The notes beneath the pieces are model-generated. The model worked only from the letters and a program-made list of their open reading frames with translations. It had not been told where the DNA came from and did no database searches. Shown in pieces: positions 36,665-43,828 of a stretch of DNA of 64,000 nucleotides. A program made the translations under genes and the position numbers. How positions within the stretch are numbered: the stretch's first letter is position 1; the number at the start of each line of letters is the position of its first letter. The DNA comes from a virus. Where the stretch lies: IMG/VR virus record IMGVR_UViG_3300025128_000015, positions 64,001-128,000 of that record; one strand, 5' to 3'.

Positions 36665-36820
36665 ATGAAAATCGGTGACTTGGTAAAATATGTAACAGGT
36701 TGCATTAGTGTAGTTTTATATATTAATGATGCTGGTGGGACTGTGAAAGTTGTTAGCAACACCGGAAACATCTGCTGGCTAGTTACTTCTGATTGCGAGG
36801 TTATAAGTGAAAGTCGGTGA
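36665..36820 (+). CDS. MKxGDLV mini-protein
   Basis: MKIGDLV...CEVISESR; read manually. Confidence 0.7.
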   Translation: MKIGDLVKYVTGCISVVLYINDAGGTVKVVSNTGNICWLVTSDCEVISESR

Positions 36821-36995
36821 TTTAATTGAGTATGATGATGGTTCGGTGGGAATTGTTACAAGCGCACCATATAGTGCATTTAATGGTCAAGTGAGCGTCG
36901 TCAATGTTTTGTGGCAGGGCTCCGACAAGCCGTCAAAGATGGACATAACAGCCATTAAGAGCGGCATTGTGAGGGTGGTTGATGAAAGTCGGTGA
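36807..36995 (+). CDS. MKxGDLV mini-protein
   Basis: GTG-KVGDLI...VVDESR. Confidence 0.75.
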   Translation: MKVGDLIEYDDGSVGIVTSAPYSAFNGQVSVVNVLWQGSDKPSKMDITAIKSGIVRVVDESR

Positions 36996-37149
36996 CTTAG
37001 TTAAGCGTGACGCTTGGCCGGCGCATTATTATCAAATCATAGAAATCTATGATAACCAGTACCGCGCAAAAAGGCTGTGTCTCTTGAATTTGACGACTGG
37101 TAGATATGCTACTGATATACAACCGTCACATGTAAAAGTGTTGAGCTAA
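36982..37149 (+). CDS. MKxGDLV mini-protein
   Basis: MKVGDLVKRD...VKVLS; read manually. Confidence 0.7.
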   Translation: MKVGDLVKRDAWPAHYYQIIEIYDNQYRAKRLCLLNLTTGRYATDIQPSHVKVLS

Positions 37150-37349
37150 TGAAGGTCGGTGATTTGGTACAGCTTCAAAGAGGCACGCGGAAACATTGGG
37201 ATCTACCTACAGGTATTGCCCTACTGGTCGAAAAGCTACCGCGAAATGATAGCTTAGAATATGATTGGAAGGTTTTGGTTGATGGTCGTAACATCGAACT
37301 TGGTAGGCAGCTAGAGCAATCGGCGGAGGTCATCAGTGAAAGTCGGTGA
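37149..37349 (+). CDS. MKxGDLV mini-protein
   Basis: TAATG coupling; ends EVISESR. Confidence 0.75.
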   Translation: MKVGDLVQLQRGTRKHWDLPTGIALLVEKLPRNDSLEYDWKVLVDGRNIELGRQLEQSAEVISESR

Positions 37350-37506
37350 TTTGATATATCACAAGTGGGGTAAAGACTGTGGCATTGTGGTCGGACGTCC
37401 CGATCCAGCGACACAACCGCCGCCGAACAACTGGTATGTAATGTTCGGCACTAAAAGAGTGATGGTTCATGAGATAAGCTGCGAGGTCTTAAATGAAAGT
37501 CGGTGA
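37336..37506 (+). CDS. MKxGDLV mini-protein
   Basis: GTG-KVGDLIY...CEVLNESR; read manually. Confidence 0.7.
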   Translation: MKVGDLIYHKWGKDCGIVVGRPDPATQPPPNNWYVMFGTKRVMVHEISCEVLNESR

Positions 37507-37648
37507 CTTGGTAAAAGATAAGCTATGGGGAGAGTTGGGCATAGTAGTCTGTGTACCTCCAATGCCTTCTATGATAGAAGTTTGCTGGACTGGAGAAAAG
37601 CCCAGAAGACAAAAGCATCTCTTGGGAGATCTTGAAGTTCTGCGATGA
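37493..37648 (+). CDS. MKxGDLV mini-protein
   Basis: MKVGDLVKD...LGIVV...LEVLR; read manually. Confidence 0.7.
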   Translation: MKVGDLVKDKLWGELGIVVCVPPMPSMIEVCWTGEKPRRQKHLLGDLEVLR

Positions 37649-37683
37649 TATTACAGAATTGGTTGGAGAATAAAGTTAAAACA

Positions 37684-37692
37684 ACTATTTAT
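37684..37692 (+). promoter_or_regulatory. Candidate late-promoter motif
   Basis: ACTATTTAT upstream of an MKITK gene. Confidence 0.5.
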
Positions 37693-37714
37693 TGTAGTTG
37701 TTAGGAGAACTAAA

Positions 37715-37924
37715 ATGAAAATCACAAAAACACAACTTAAGCAGATTATCAAAGAAGAGTTGGATACTGCTTTAAAGGATCCTCGTACTGACGAACTCGA
37801 AGCCGCTTTAGAAGTATCGTATAATACAAACCTCGATCCAGAAGAAGCAGCGGCTGATATATTAACAGTGGTTGAGGAGTTCCTGTCTGCCAAGCTCGGT
37901 ATGCCCATAGAATTGAGATATTAG
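37715..37924 (+). CDS. MKITKxxLKQIIKEE-leader small protein
   Basis: MKITKTQLKQIIKEEL. Confidence 0.7.
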   Translation: MKITKTQLKQIIKEELDTALKDPRTDELEAALEVSYNTNLDPEEAAADILTVVEEFLSAKLGMPIELRY

Positions 37925-37936
37925 AACGGAGGCTAA

Positions 37937-38128
37937 ATGAAAGTCGGTGACTTGGTAAAAATAGTTGAATACGCTTCGCGTCATACTCCTCTTGGTACAG
38001 TGGGAATAATCACTAAGAAGCTACCCAAACCCTACCCGCATGAACGTTATCACCAGTGTTATGAGGTCCGCTTCAACAATGGATACACCGGCAATCATGC
38101 TAATTTTTGTTTGGAGCTTTTGAAATAA
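37937..38128 (+). CDS. MKxGDLV mini-protein
   Basis: GGAGG RBS; MKVGDLV...GIIT...YEVRF...LELLK. Confidence 0.75.
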   Translation: MKVGDLVKIVEYASRHTPLGTVGIITKKLPKPYPHERYHQCYEVRFNNGYTGNHANFCLELLK

Positions 38129-38131
38129 TCC

Positions 38132-38159
38132 TTGTCGGCTAGGAAGTTGTTCCTATGTT
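38132..38159 (+). promoter_or_regulatory. Early promoter
   Basis: TTGTCG-N16-TATGTT. Confidence 0.7.
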
Positions 38160-38188
38160 TGAGACGTAACAGAGAACAGGAGTTCAAA

Positions 38189-38428
38189 ATGTTGAAAAAG
38201 TTCGTTGTACCAGTGACCTGGATGGTCAGTTCCTACGTTGAGGTTGAAGCCATCGACGAAGACGGAGCAGCCCACGAAGCGATGGGAGTTGATATAGATT
38301 CACTTCCTAATCCTGAGTATGTAAGGTTTAGCTATGAGGTCGATGAACAATCAATCGAAGAAGTGTCATTCGAAGGCACTGAAGCCGGCGACTTTACCAC
38401 CTGGGAAAAGATCCCCGGAGGTTTTTAA
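38189..38428 (+). CDS. Small acidic protein
   Basis: AGGAG RBS before ATG 38189. Confidence 0.65.
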   Translation: MLKKFVVPVTWMVSSYVEVEAIDEDGAAHEAMGVDIDSLPNPEYVRFSYEVDEQSIEEVSFEGTEAGDFTTWEKIPGGF

Positions 38429-38429
38429 C

Positions 38430-38573
38430 ATTAAAGGTTCTCGGTGGTGCCTTAGCGGCTTAAAAGGCAACCTTTCAAGTTCTTAGCCTCTCAGATGATC
38501 AAGAGAGTAAGGAAAACGATGAAAGCTAGACCATCGACTCGGAATGGCCCAACGAGCGCCGGGAACCTTTAAT
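38430..38573 (+). ncRNA. Candidate multi-branched structured RNA
   Basis: 17-bp closing stem with two G.U pairs and three internal hairpins. Confidence 0.6.
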
Positions 38574-38581
38574 TTTTTCAC

Positions 38582-38609
38582 TTGTCTATTAATAATCCGT
38601 TCCTATGTT
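38582..38609 (+). promoter_or_regulatory. Early promoter with conserved leader
   Basis: TTGTCT-N16-TATGTT then AGATGTAACGGGAACAACAGGAG. Confidence 0.75.
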
Positions 38610-38642
38610 ATAGATGTAACGGGAACAACAGGAGTTGATAAC

Positions 38643-39116
38643 ATGCTTCACGAGAAAGCTGTAAAGAAAGTAGAGAAGGCGCTAGGCGTCAAGGTTGAAC
38701 TTATTGGTAATTGCCGCTATGGTTGTACTTACGATGGACACGTACTGTCTTGGCTAGTTCAGCGAAAGTGGAGGTCAGAGGGCACAAAACTCCTCAAAGA
38801 TGGGCCTCTTGAAGCCTCTAACTGGCACATCCGACGAGAGGATGACCATTCGGATTCGATGGTTGATTACTTTGCTGGTTCGTATCGTGAGAACGTAACG
38901 CAACTGATCAACGCGGTTAGACCGCCTAAACCTAAGTTTCCTGTTGGTTCACTAGTGCAGGGCAAGGAAAATAAAAGGGCTCAACGTCAAGGCTATGCTA
39001 ACCGTCTTGCTATCGTAACCGAGGCAGGCAGATACATGTATTTGAAATGGGTATCAGGTAAAGAGGACCGATATCGTATTAGCTACCCTGAACGAGATTT
39101 TCAGTTGGCAGGGTAA
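38643..39116 (+). CDS. Hypothetical protein with C-terminal KOW-like segment
   Basis: Start reassigned to ATG 38643; FPVGSLV...AIVT. Confidence 0.65.
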   Translation: MLHEKAVKKVEKALGVKVELIGNCRYGCTYDGHVLSWLVQRKWRSEGTKLLKDGPLEASNWHIRREDDHSDSMVDYFAGSYRENVTQLINAVRPPKPKFPVGSLVQGKENKRAQRQGYANRLAIVTEAGRYMYLKWVSGKEDRYRISYPERDFQLAG

Positions 39117-39124
39117 AATAATCC

Positions 39125-39152
39125 TTGTCTACTCAAAAAGCGTGCTTATTGT
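39125..39152 (+). promoter_or_regulatory. Early promoter with conserved leader
   Basis: TTGTCT-N16-TATTGT then AGATGTAACGGGAACAACGGAG. Confidence 0.75.
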
Positions 39153-39182
39153 TTAGATGTAACGGGAACAACGGAGAAAAAG

Positions 39183-39356
39183 ATGACCCGAAAAGATTTT
39201 CAGATGATTGCAGACGTCGTTAAAATGATTGACGATAAAGACACCCGCCACACGGTTGCGATGAATTTCGCGGTCAAGCTCAAGGATGTGAATCCTCGCT
39301 TTGACATTAACCGTTTCGTTGGAGCGTGTAATAGCCCTATGAAGGCGAAAGCCTAA
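39183..39356 (+). CDS. Small phage protein (MTRKDF...NPRFD..RF..AC type)
   Basis: Read manually; GGAG RBS. Confidence 0.7.
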   Translation: MTRKDFQMIADVVKMIDDKDTRHTVAMNFAVKLKDVNPRFDINRFVGACNSPMKAKA

Positions 39357-39388
39357 CCGAGAAATTTTTTCCTTGTGAGGTAAATATT

Positions 39389-39595
39389 ATGAAGTATAAC
39401 ATACGAGATTTGGTTACTTTACGCGGACGGCCAGATCCGCTTGGTTTCATCACAAAATTAAAAGGCTCAACAGCTTTTGTTTTATGGTGGCCAACGTCAA
39501 AAAAACCGCAGCACAAGACGTTCTGTGATGTTGAACGCCTGATTGTCATGCAATCGTCACAAGTTAAACGAGGACGTCCCAGGAAAAAGAAGTAA
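39389..39595 (+). CDS. KOW-like mini-protein variant
   Basis: MKYNIRDLV...LGFIT...VLW; GAGGT RBS. Confidence 0.6.
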   Translation: MKYNIRDLVTLRGRPDPLGFITKLKGSTAFVLWWPTSKKPQHKTFCDVERLIVMQSSQVKRGRPRKKK

Positions 39596-39724
39596 TGTAT
39601 CTAAATCGATTAAAAATTAATTTTATAGTGACAGCGAATCAAGCACTTGCACAATCTCGAAGTTCGTCAAGTGGACTCCTTCAGGACTCTGTTGAGTTAG
39701 AACGCTGGCGACAACGCCACACCT

Positions 39725-40015
39725 TTGAATTCACCAATTATATCAGGAGCTTACGCCACGATGGCTTTTCTTTTTTTAGACGATAATGAGGCCGAGGGTC
39801 TTTTAGCTGCTGCCCGTGAGGGTCAAGCTGCAAAGCTCGAACTCATTGAAAACATTGAAAAAAACTTAAATTCGCCTTGGGCTAGTGCCGAGTATGGCGT
39901 GACAGATCTTCGTCACTTACAGGCGGATTATGGCCGCACATCGCGATTAATCAACGAAATTGAAAAAAGATCAACTTTTTCCCTTGTCGATGATAAATCC
40001 GTTCCTATGTTCTAG
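39725..40015 (+). CDS. Hypothetical protein (start uncertain)
   Basis: 96-aa ORF; its 3' end contains the next promoter. Confidence 0.4.
   Translation: MNSPIISGAYATMAFLFLDDNEAEGLLAAAREGQAAKLELIENIEKNLNSPWASAEYGVTDLRHLQADYGRTSRLINEIEKRSTFSLVDDKSVPMF
39984..40011 (+). promoter_or_regulatory. Early promoter with conserved leader
   Basis: TTGTCG-N16-TATGTT then AGGTGTAACAGGAAACAAC. Confidence 0.75.
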
Positions 40016-40045
40016 GTGTAACAGGAAACAACACGGAGAAATTTC

Positions 40046-40195
40046 ATGTTCAACTGCATTGAAGACATTAAAAACGCTAGCCGTTCCGAGCTAGTTCAAT
40101 ATCTTGAGTCCTGGGGTACAGCTTGCTATGACGACGAGTCAACTAGTTTACTTCGAGACGCTGCCATTGATACCTTTGAAACGGAGGGATGCTAA
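40046..40195 (+). CDS. Small acidic protein
   Basis: GGAG RBS; MFNCIEDIK...ETEGC. Confidence 0.6.
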   Translation: MFNCIEDIKNASRSELVQYLESWGTACYDDESTSLLRDAAIDTFETEGC

Positions 40196-40196
40196 G

Positions 40197-40403
40197 ATGT
40201 TAACACCTATCGGTGACGAAAGTGAAGATTTTGAACTCAAAGAGGGTTCAGCCTGGATTACAGTCGGAAACATTAGCGTATACATTCGCAAATCCGATGA
40301 AGGCGTTGCAGTTGATTTATTTCCAGTAGGTGGTGAGGCTCAAGAGAATTCTCTAGCCGGAACGTGGGCCACGTTTGCAGAAGCCGCGCCTGACGCGGTG
40401 TGA
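40197..40403 (+). CDS. Small hypothetical protein
   Basis: GGAGG RBS; start reassigned to 40197. Confidence 0.6.
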   Translation: MLTPIGDESEDFELKEGSAWITVGNISVYIRKSDEGVAVDLFPVGGEAQENSLAGTWATFAEAAPDAV

Positions 40404-40477
40404 TGTGGTCGTCGCCGCTTATCTTATTGGTTACGCTACCGTCGTCATAGGCGGCGCGTACCTTTTAGCTCGATACT

Positions 40478-40702
40478 TTGACGGAGGTCCAAGTGACTGA
40501 TATTGTTATTAAAAATGTTGATGTTCCCATGTTACGAGAACAGCGTGATGCTGTCCTTAACGTCTTGGATGACATCGACGATATAAAGTCATTCGCTCCT
40601 GACTTTTTTTGCCGCTTGATGACACCGCGCATTGAACGCTTGGAAGGTCTTACCAACCTTCTCGATTCGATGTTAGATAACGCGGAGGGCTTCGGTGATT
40701 GA
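40478..40702 (+). CDS. Small acidic protein (start uncertain)
   Basis: GGAGG inside the 5' end suggests GTG about 40493. Confidence 0.55.
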   Translation: MTEVQVTDIVIKNVDVPMLREQRDAVLNVLDDIDDIKSFAPDFFCRLMTPRIERLEGLTNLLDSMLDNAEGFGD

Positions 40703-40833
40703 CATAACGGTTATTGTTTGGCTCGGGCTAACCTTCGGTATTCATTGGGTTTTTGAGAGGCGGCAGAAAAAAGGTAATTATTACCTTTAGTTAGAAAAAA
40801 AGCCGTTCCGAGAATTTTTTTTCATTTTACCCC

Positions 40834-40861
40834 TTGAAAAGTCAAAATCCGTTCTTATATT
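40834..40861 (+). promoter_or_regulatory. Early promoter
   Basis: TTGAAA-N16-TATATT; upstream TTTTTTTCATTTTACCCC shared with the promoter at 41119. Confidence 0.7.
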
Positions 40862-40895
40862 TAAGGGGTAAGAGACAAACAAAGGAAAAAAAGAC

Positions 40896-41090
40896 ATGAC
40901 GAAAGTTCAAGCCATTCAAGAGTTCAAAAATTACCACCTTCCAAGCGTCAAAGAGCAATACGAGCAGGACGGAAAAAAAGATAGTGGTGCTCGTAGTCAA
41001 GCATGGCATTGGTTCACCGATAGTCTTTGCAAAGGTGGTAACATTACCGAGTCCCAGTATATGCGATGGACAACCCCTAACTTTTGCTAA
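40896..41090 (+). CDS. Small hypothetical protein
   Basis: AAGGA RBS; AWHWFTDSLCKGGNITESQY. Confidence 0.65.
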   Translation: MTKVQAIQEFKNYHLPSVKEQYEQDGKKDSGARSQAWHWFTDSLCKGGNITESQYMRWTTPNFC

Positions 41091-41118
41091 AAAAAGATTA
41101 TTTTTTTCATTTTACCCC

Positions 41119-41146
41119 TTGTCTAGGCGAATTTGGTGCTTATTTT
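41119..41146 (+). promoter_or_regulatory. Early promoter with conserved leader
   Basis: TTGTCT-N16-TATTTT then AGGTGTAACAAGAAAC. Confidence 0.7.
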
Positions 41147-41186
41147 ATAGGTGTAACAAGAAACCCTAAACCCTAAGAGGTTCATA

Positions 41187-41267
41187 ATGCTTGTTGAAGG
41201 TATTATCGTTTTAAGTATTCAGTTAATTCTTAGCCTAGCTACTTGGCAGTTTCTTGCGAGGTCATAA
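41187..41267 (+). CDS. Tiny hydrophobic peptide
   Basis: GAGGT RBS; 26 aa. Confidence 0.45.
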   Translation: MLVEGIIVLSIQLILSLATWQFLARS

Positions 41268-41486
41268 ATGAAAACAGGCGACTTAGTAAAATTAAAGCAA
41301 CCGACGACGAGAGACTTCAAAGAGGTCTTTCTAATTGTCGACACCTTGCAACTCGGTCCAGGCGCTCGCGCTACTTATGGCGAGGAAGGGTCTAATTGGT
41401 TAAAGTTGGAAGGTCGAGAAGGTTGGTATACTAGCGGATGGACACGATCCGCAGATTACGAGGTAGTAAGTGAAAGTGGGCGATAA
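41268..41486 (+). CDS. MKxGDLV mini-protein
   Basis: MKTGDLV...YEVVSESGR. Confidence 0.7.
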   Translation: MKTGDLVKLKQPTTRDFKEVFLIVDTLQLGPGARATYGEEGSNWLKLEGREGWYTSGWTRSADYEVVSESGR

Positions 41487-41727
41487 GGTAAAACTAGTAG
41501 GCAAGACAAAGCACGGCAAGAATCGTGTACGTGAGCAAGGCCATGATTGGGTCGTTGTAAAGACATCCAACAATTTAGCGTTTGCCGATAACCGCGAACA
41601 AGAGTTCGCACTTTTACGCGCCAAAGAACGGCCTCATGAGCATTGGCGATGGGTCGCCGTACAAAATGATAAGAACTTTCTCGTTGAGGTATTAACCAAT
41701 GATAATGAGAGGTTAGAAGGTGCGTAA
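41470..41727 (+). CDS. MKxGD mini-protein
   Basis: GTG-KVGDKV; 17-nt overlap. Confidence 0.7.
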   Translation: MKVGDKVKLVGKTKHGKNRVREQGHDWVVVKTSNNLAFADNREQEFALLRAKERPHEHWRWVAVQNDKNFLVEVLTNDNERLEGA

Positions 41728-41799
41728 AACATTTCGCATATGCCTATATAGGGCGAAAAAGTGCGTAATTTACTTCCCAAGTGCGTAAAAAGTTTCGCA
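41721..41799. promoter_or_regulatory. Two imperfect palindromes (candidate enhancer sites)
   Basis: TGCGTAAAACATTTCGCA (41721) and TGCGTAAAAAGTTTCGCA (41782), with a half-site at 41761. Confidence 0.55.
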
Positions 41800-41844
41800 C
41801 CTAATAGGCTAAAATCGACTATTAGTCGAGGGTCTAAAGTGTCC

Positions 41845-41857
41845 TAAGTCATTGAAT
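41845..41857. promoter_or_regulatory. IHF-like site
   Basis: TAAGTCATTGAAT differs from YAANNNNTTGATW at one specified position. Confidence 0.45.
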
Positions 41858-41896
41858 TCACTAAAGAATCAAAATAAATGCCCAAAATGGCAAAGT

Positions 41897-41912
41897 TGGC
41901 ACAGGACTTGCA
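41897..41912 (+). promoter_or_regulatory. Sigma54 (-24/-12) promoter
   Basis: TGGCACAGGACTTGCA with correct GG to GC spacing. Confidence 0.7.
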
Positions 41913-41989
41913 ATATATATAGGTATGAATTCACACTTTGTCGACAGTATAGAAAATCAAAAGAAAGTGAAAAATAATACTTTTACCCC

Positions 41990-42017
41990 TTGTCTGGCCA
42001 ATTCTGGTGCTTACATT
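41990..42017 (+). promoter_or_regulatory. Early promoter (sigma gene)
   Basis: TTGTCT-N16-TACATT. Confidence 0.7.
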
Positions 42018-42059
42018 ATAGGGGTAAGAGGAAACACTAAAAGCTCAGGAGCTTCAAAT

Positions 42060-42884
42060 ATGCTTAACTCAATCGCAATCTTAGCCGCAACCGTTCAAAT
42101 CCTTAGCCGCGACGAGCAAATCAGTCACGTTGCTGCTTTTCAGAAGACCGGCGATAACCGCGCCATGGATGCACTTATCCGCTCCAATATCCCGCTTGCT
42201 ATCAAGATTGCAAAAAAGCACATCCGCAACGGTGTCGATATCGATGATTTATTGATGGAAGCGATCACCGGCATTATGCGAGCAGCAGAATCTTTTGATT
42301 CTACTTGTGGCGCTTCTTTCACTACATACGCACGTCAATGGATGACGGCAAATTGTCAGCAGTTCGTTCAAGAAAATTGTGGAACGATTCGAGTCGGCTC
42401 CCGTGTCGCTCGCAAGTTGTACGCTTCGCTTCCTCGCTTGCGTCGACAATTCGGCCATGATGTCGACGTCGACACGATTGCACGAGAGCTTGACCTTGAT
42501 GCTAGCGCTGTTGAAGCCGCGCTTCAATTACTTGGCAAACGAGCCGCTAGCTTAAACGCTCCGCTAAATGCCGAGGGTGCAACTGTTGCAAATATTGTAG
42601 CAGATAACAAGATTCTAGCAGAAGAGAAAGTTATACGTTCTGAGAGTAGCCGGAATATTGCCGAGGTTGTAAATATTTTTAAGCAAACGATTAAGAATGA
42701 TCGCGACACTAAAATATTTACACACCGTATTGCTTCCGATTTATTCGAGAACGATAAGATGACAACCGTACAACTTGCTTCTGAATTCAATGTATCTAAG
42801 CAGCGTATTGCTCAGATTGAGAAAGGTATGACTCAGAAGCTACGCAAAGCACTCCAAACGTGTGCAGTAGCAGCCGTAAACTAG
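42060..42884 (+). CDS. RNA polymerase sigma factor, RpoH/sigma32-like
   Basis: LIRSNIPLAIKIAK, DDLLMEAITGIMRAAESFD, SFTTYARQW, ARKLYASL, region 4 VSKQRIAQIEK; AGGAG RBS. Confidence 0.88.
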   Translation: MLNSIAILAATVQILSRDEQISHVAAFQKTGDNRAMDALIRSNIPLAIKIAKKHIRNGVDIDDLLMEAITGIMRAAESFDSTCGASFTTYARQWMTANCQQFVQENCGTIRVGSRVARKLYASLPRLRRQFGHDVDVDTIARELDLDASAVEAALQLLGKRAASLNAPLNAEGATVANIVADNKILAEEKVIRSESSRNIAEVVNIFKQTIKNDRDTKIFTHRIASDLFENDKMTTVQLASEFNVSKQRIAQIEKGMTQKLRKALQTCAVAAVN

Positions 42885-43190
42885 GTTTACATAGTGTTCT
42901 ACCCAGGACATAGCTTTATAAGGTATTGAAAACATTAAGAATTGCTTAGGGTGACTATATTACGTGGTAATTAGTTTTTGCCTATGAATTCAATAGGATA
43001 GGAGAAAGAGAGAAATGCATTAGGAAATGAGAGATTAATCTAGTGTGTACACTAACTATACGTCAACTTACTTTACATGTGTAATTATTCACCACTATGA
43101 CGTAACGCTTCACACACGGCGTTATATTGCACATGTAAAGCTACTATACAGGCAAGTGTTAACTTGCTATACACTTAAAGGAGAAGCTAA

Positions 43191-43331
43191 GTGTCTGATA
43201 TCATGTACATTATTTTTATGGTGTTTTGCCTACTGTTTGGCGGCGCCATTGGCTACTTAATTGGCCTTGAAGCCTGGATTGTCAAACAAGGCAAAATTAA
43301 AAAGGCTAAGGATATCAAGGACTTAATTTAA
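43191..43331 (+). CDS. Small transmembrane protein
   Basis: AAGGAG plus GTG; hydrophobic N-terminal half. Confidence 0.5.
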   Translation: MSDIMYIIFMVFCLLFGGAIGYLIGLEAWIVKQGKIKKAKDIKDLI

Positions 43332-43356
43332 GTTTTCCTTAGTAGGAGAAGAGAAT

Positions 43357-43596
43357 ATGGGCGAGGTTATAGACTTCACAGAACATTACATGCATAAGCT
43401 AATAGAAAAGTACGCAAAAGATAATGACCAGCAAATGGCCTGGGCTCTTAGCGAGACGCTAGACAAGTATATCATGGGCGAGATAGGCATACTATTGATT
43501 GAAGGCGTACCTGTGCCTTATATTGAGAAGGCTATACCGGCCGAGACTGTAAAGAAGGTAGACAGTCCAGAAAATAAGGAGGAAGGTGACAATTAA
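43357..43596 (+). CDS. Hypothetical protein
   Basis: AGGAG RBS; MGEVIDF. Confidence 0.6.
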   Translation: MGEVIDFTEHYMHKLIEKYAKDNDQQMAWALSETLDKYIMGEIGILLIEGVPVPYIEKAIPAETVKKVDSPENKEEGDN

Positions 43597-43828
43597 CTAT
43601 ACATAAGTGTGAATATATGCTACAATCATAAAACATGTGTATTTTTTACACATAGCTTAAAAACGTAAAGCAGCTATACAGTACCCCCCCTCCCCTGGGA
43701 CCGGAATCTATGCATAGTAAGTATACGGTATATGGCTGGGCTAGATACGTGCACGACACACACAGAAAAATTCCAGATTTTTGCAATGGTTAAGCCTAAT
43801 TACTATATCGCCCAGAGGACATAGCTAT

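Larger units (their letters stand above)
36422..37950 (+). repeat. Dispersed 13-mer junction repeat TGAAAGTCGGTGA
   Basis: Exact copies at 36422, 36808, 36983, 37337, 37494 and 37938; near copies at about 36573, 36666 and 37150. Confidence 0.9.

Noticed and set aside
36409-38128. CRISPR array or integron attC cassettes
   Set aside because: The repeat is only 13-14 nt, non-palindromic and separated by 150-390 nt of coding sequence. No cas gene, integrase or attC-like hairpin is visible.
38490-38530. Hammerhead ribozyme
   Set aside because: The core reads CAGATGA rather than CTGANGA, and the stems around GAAA do not fit.
29104-41727. Diversity-generating retroelement producing the paralogs
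   Set aside because: There is no reverse transcriptase and no template/variable repeat pair differing only at adenines; the paralogs are far too divergent.
43045-43260. 71-aa ORF
   Set aside because: It has no RBS, has atypical composition and overlaps the palindrome-rich region and a better small ORF.
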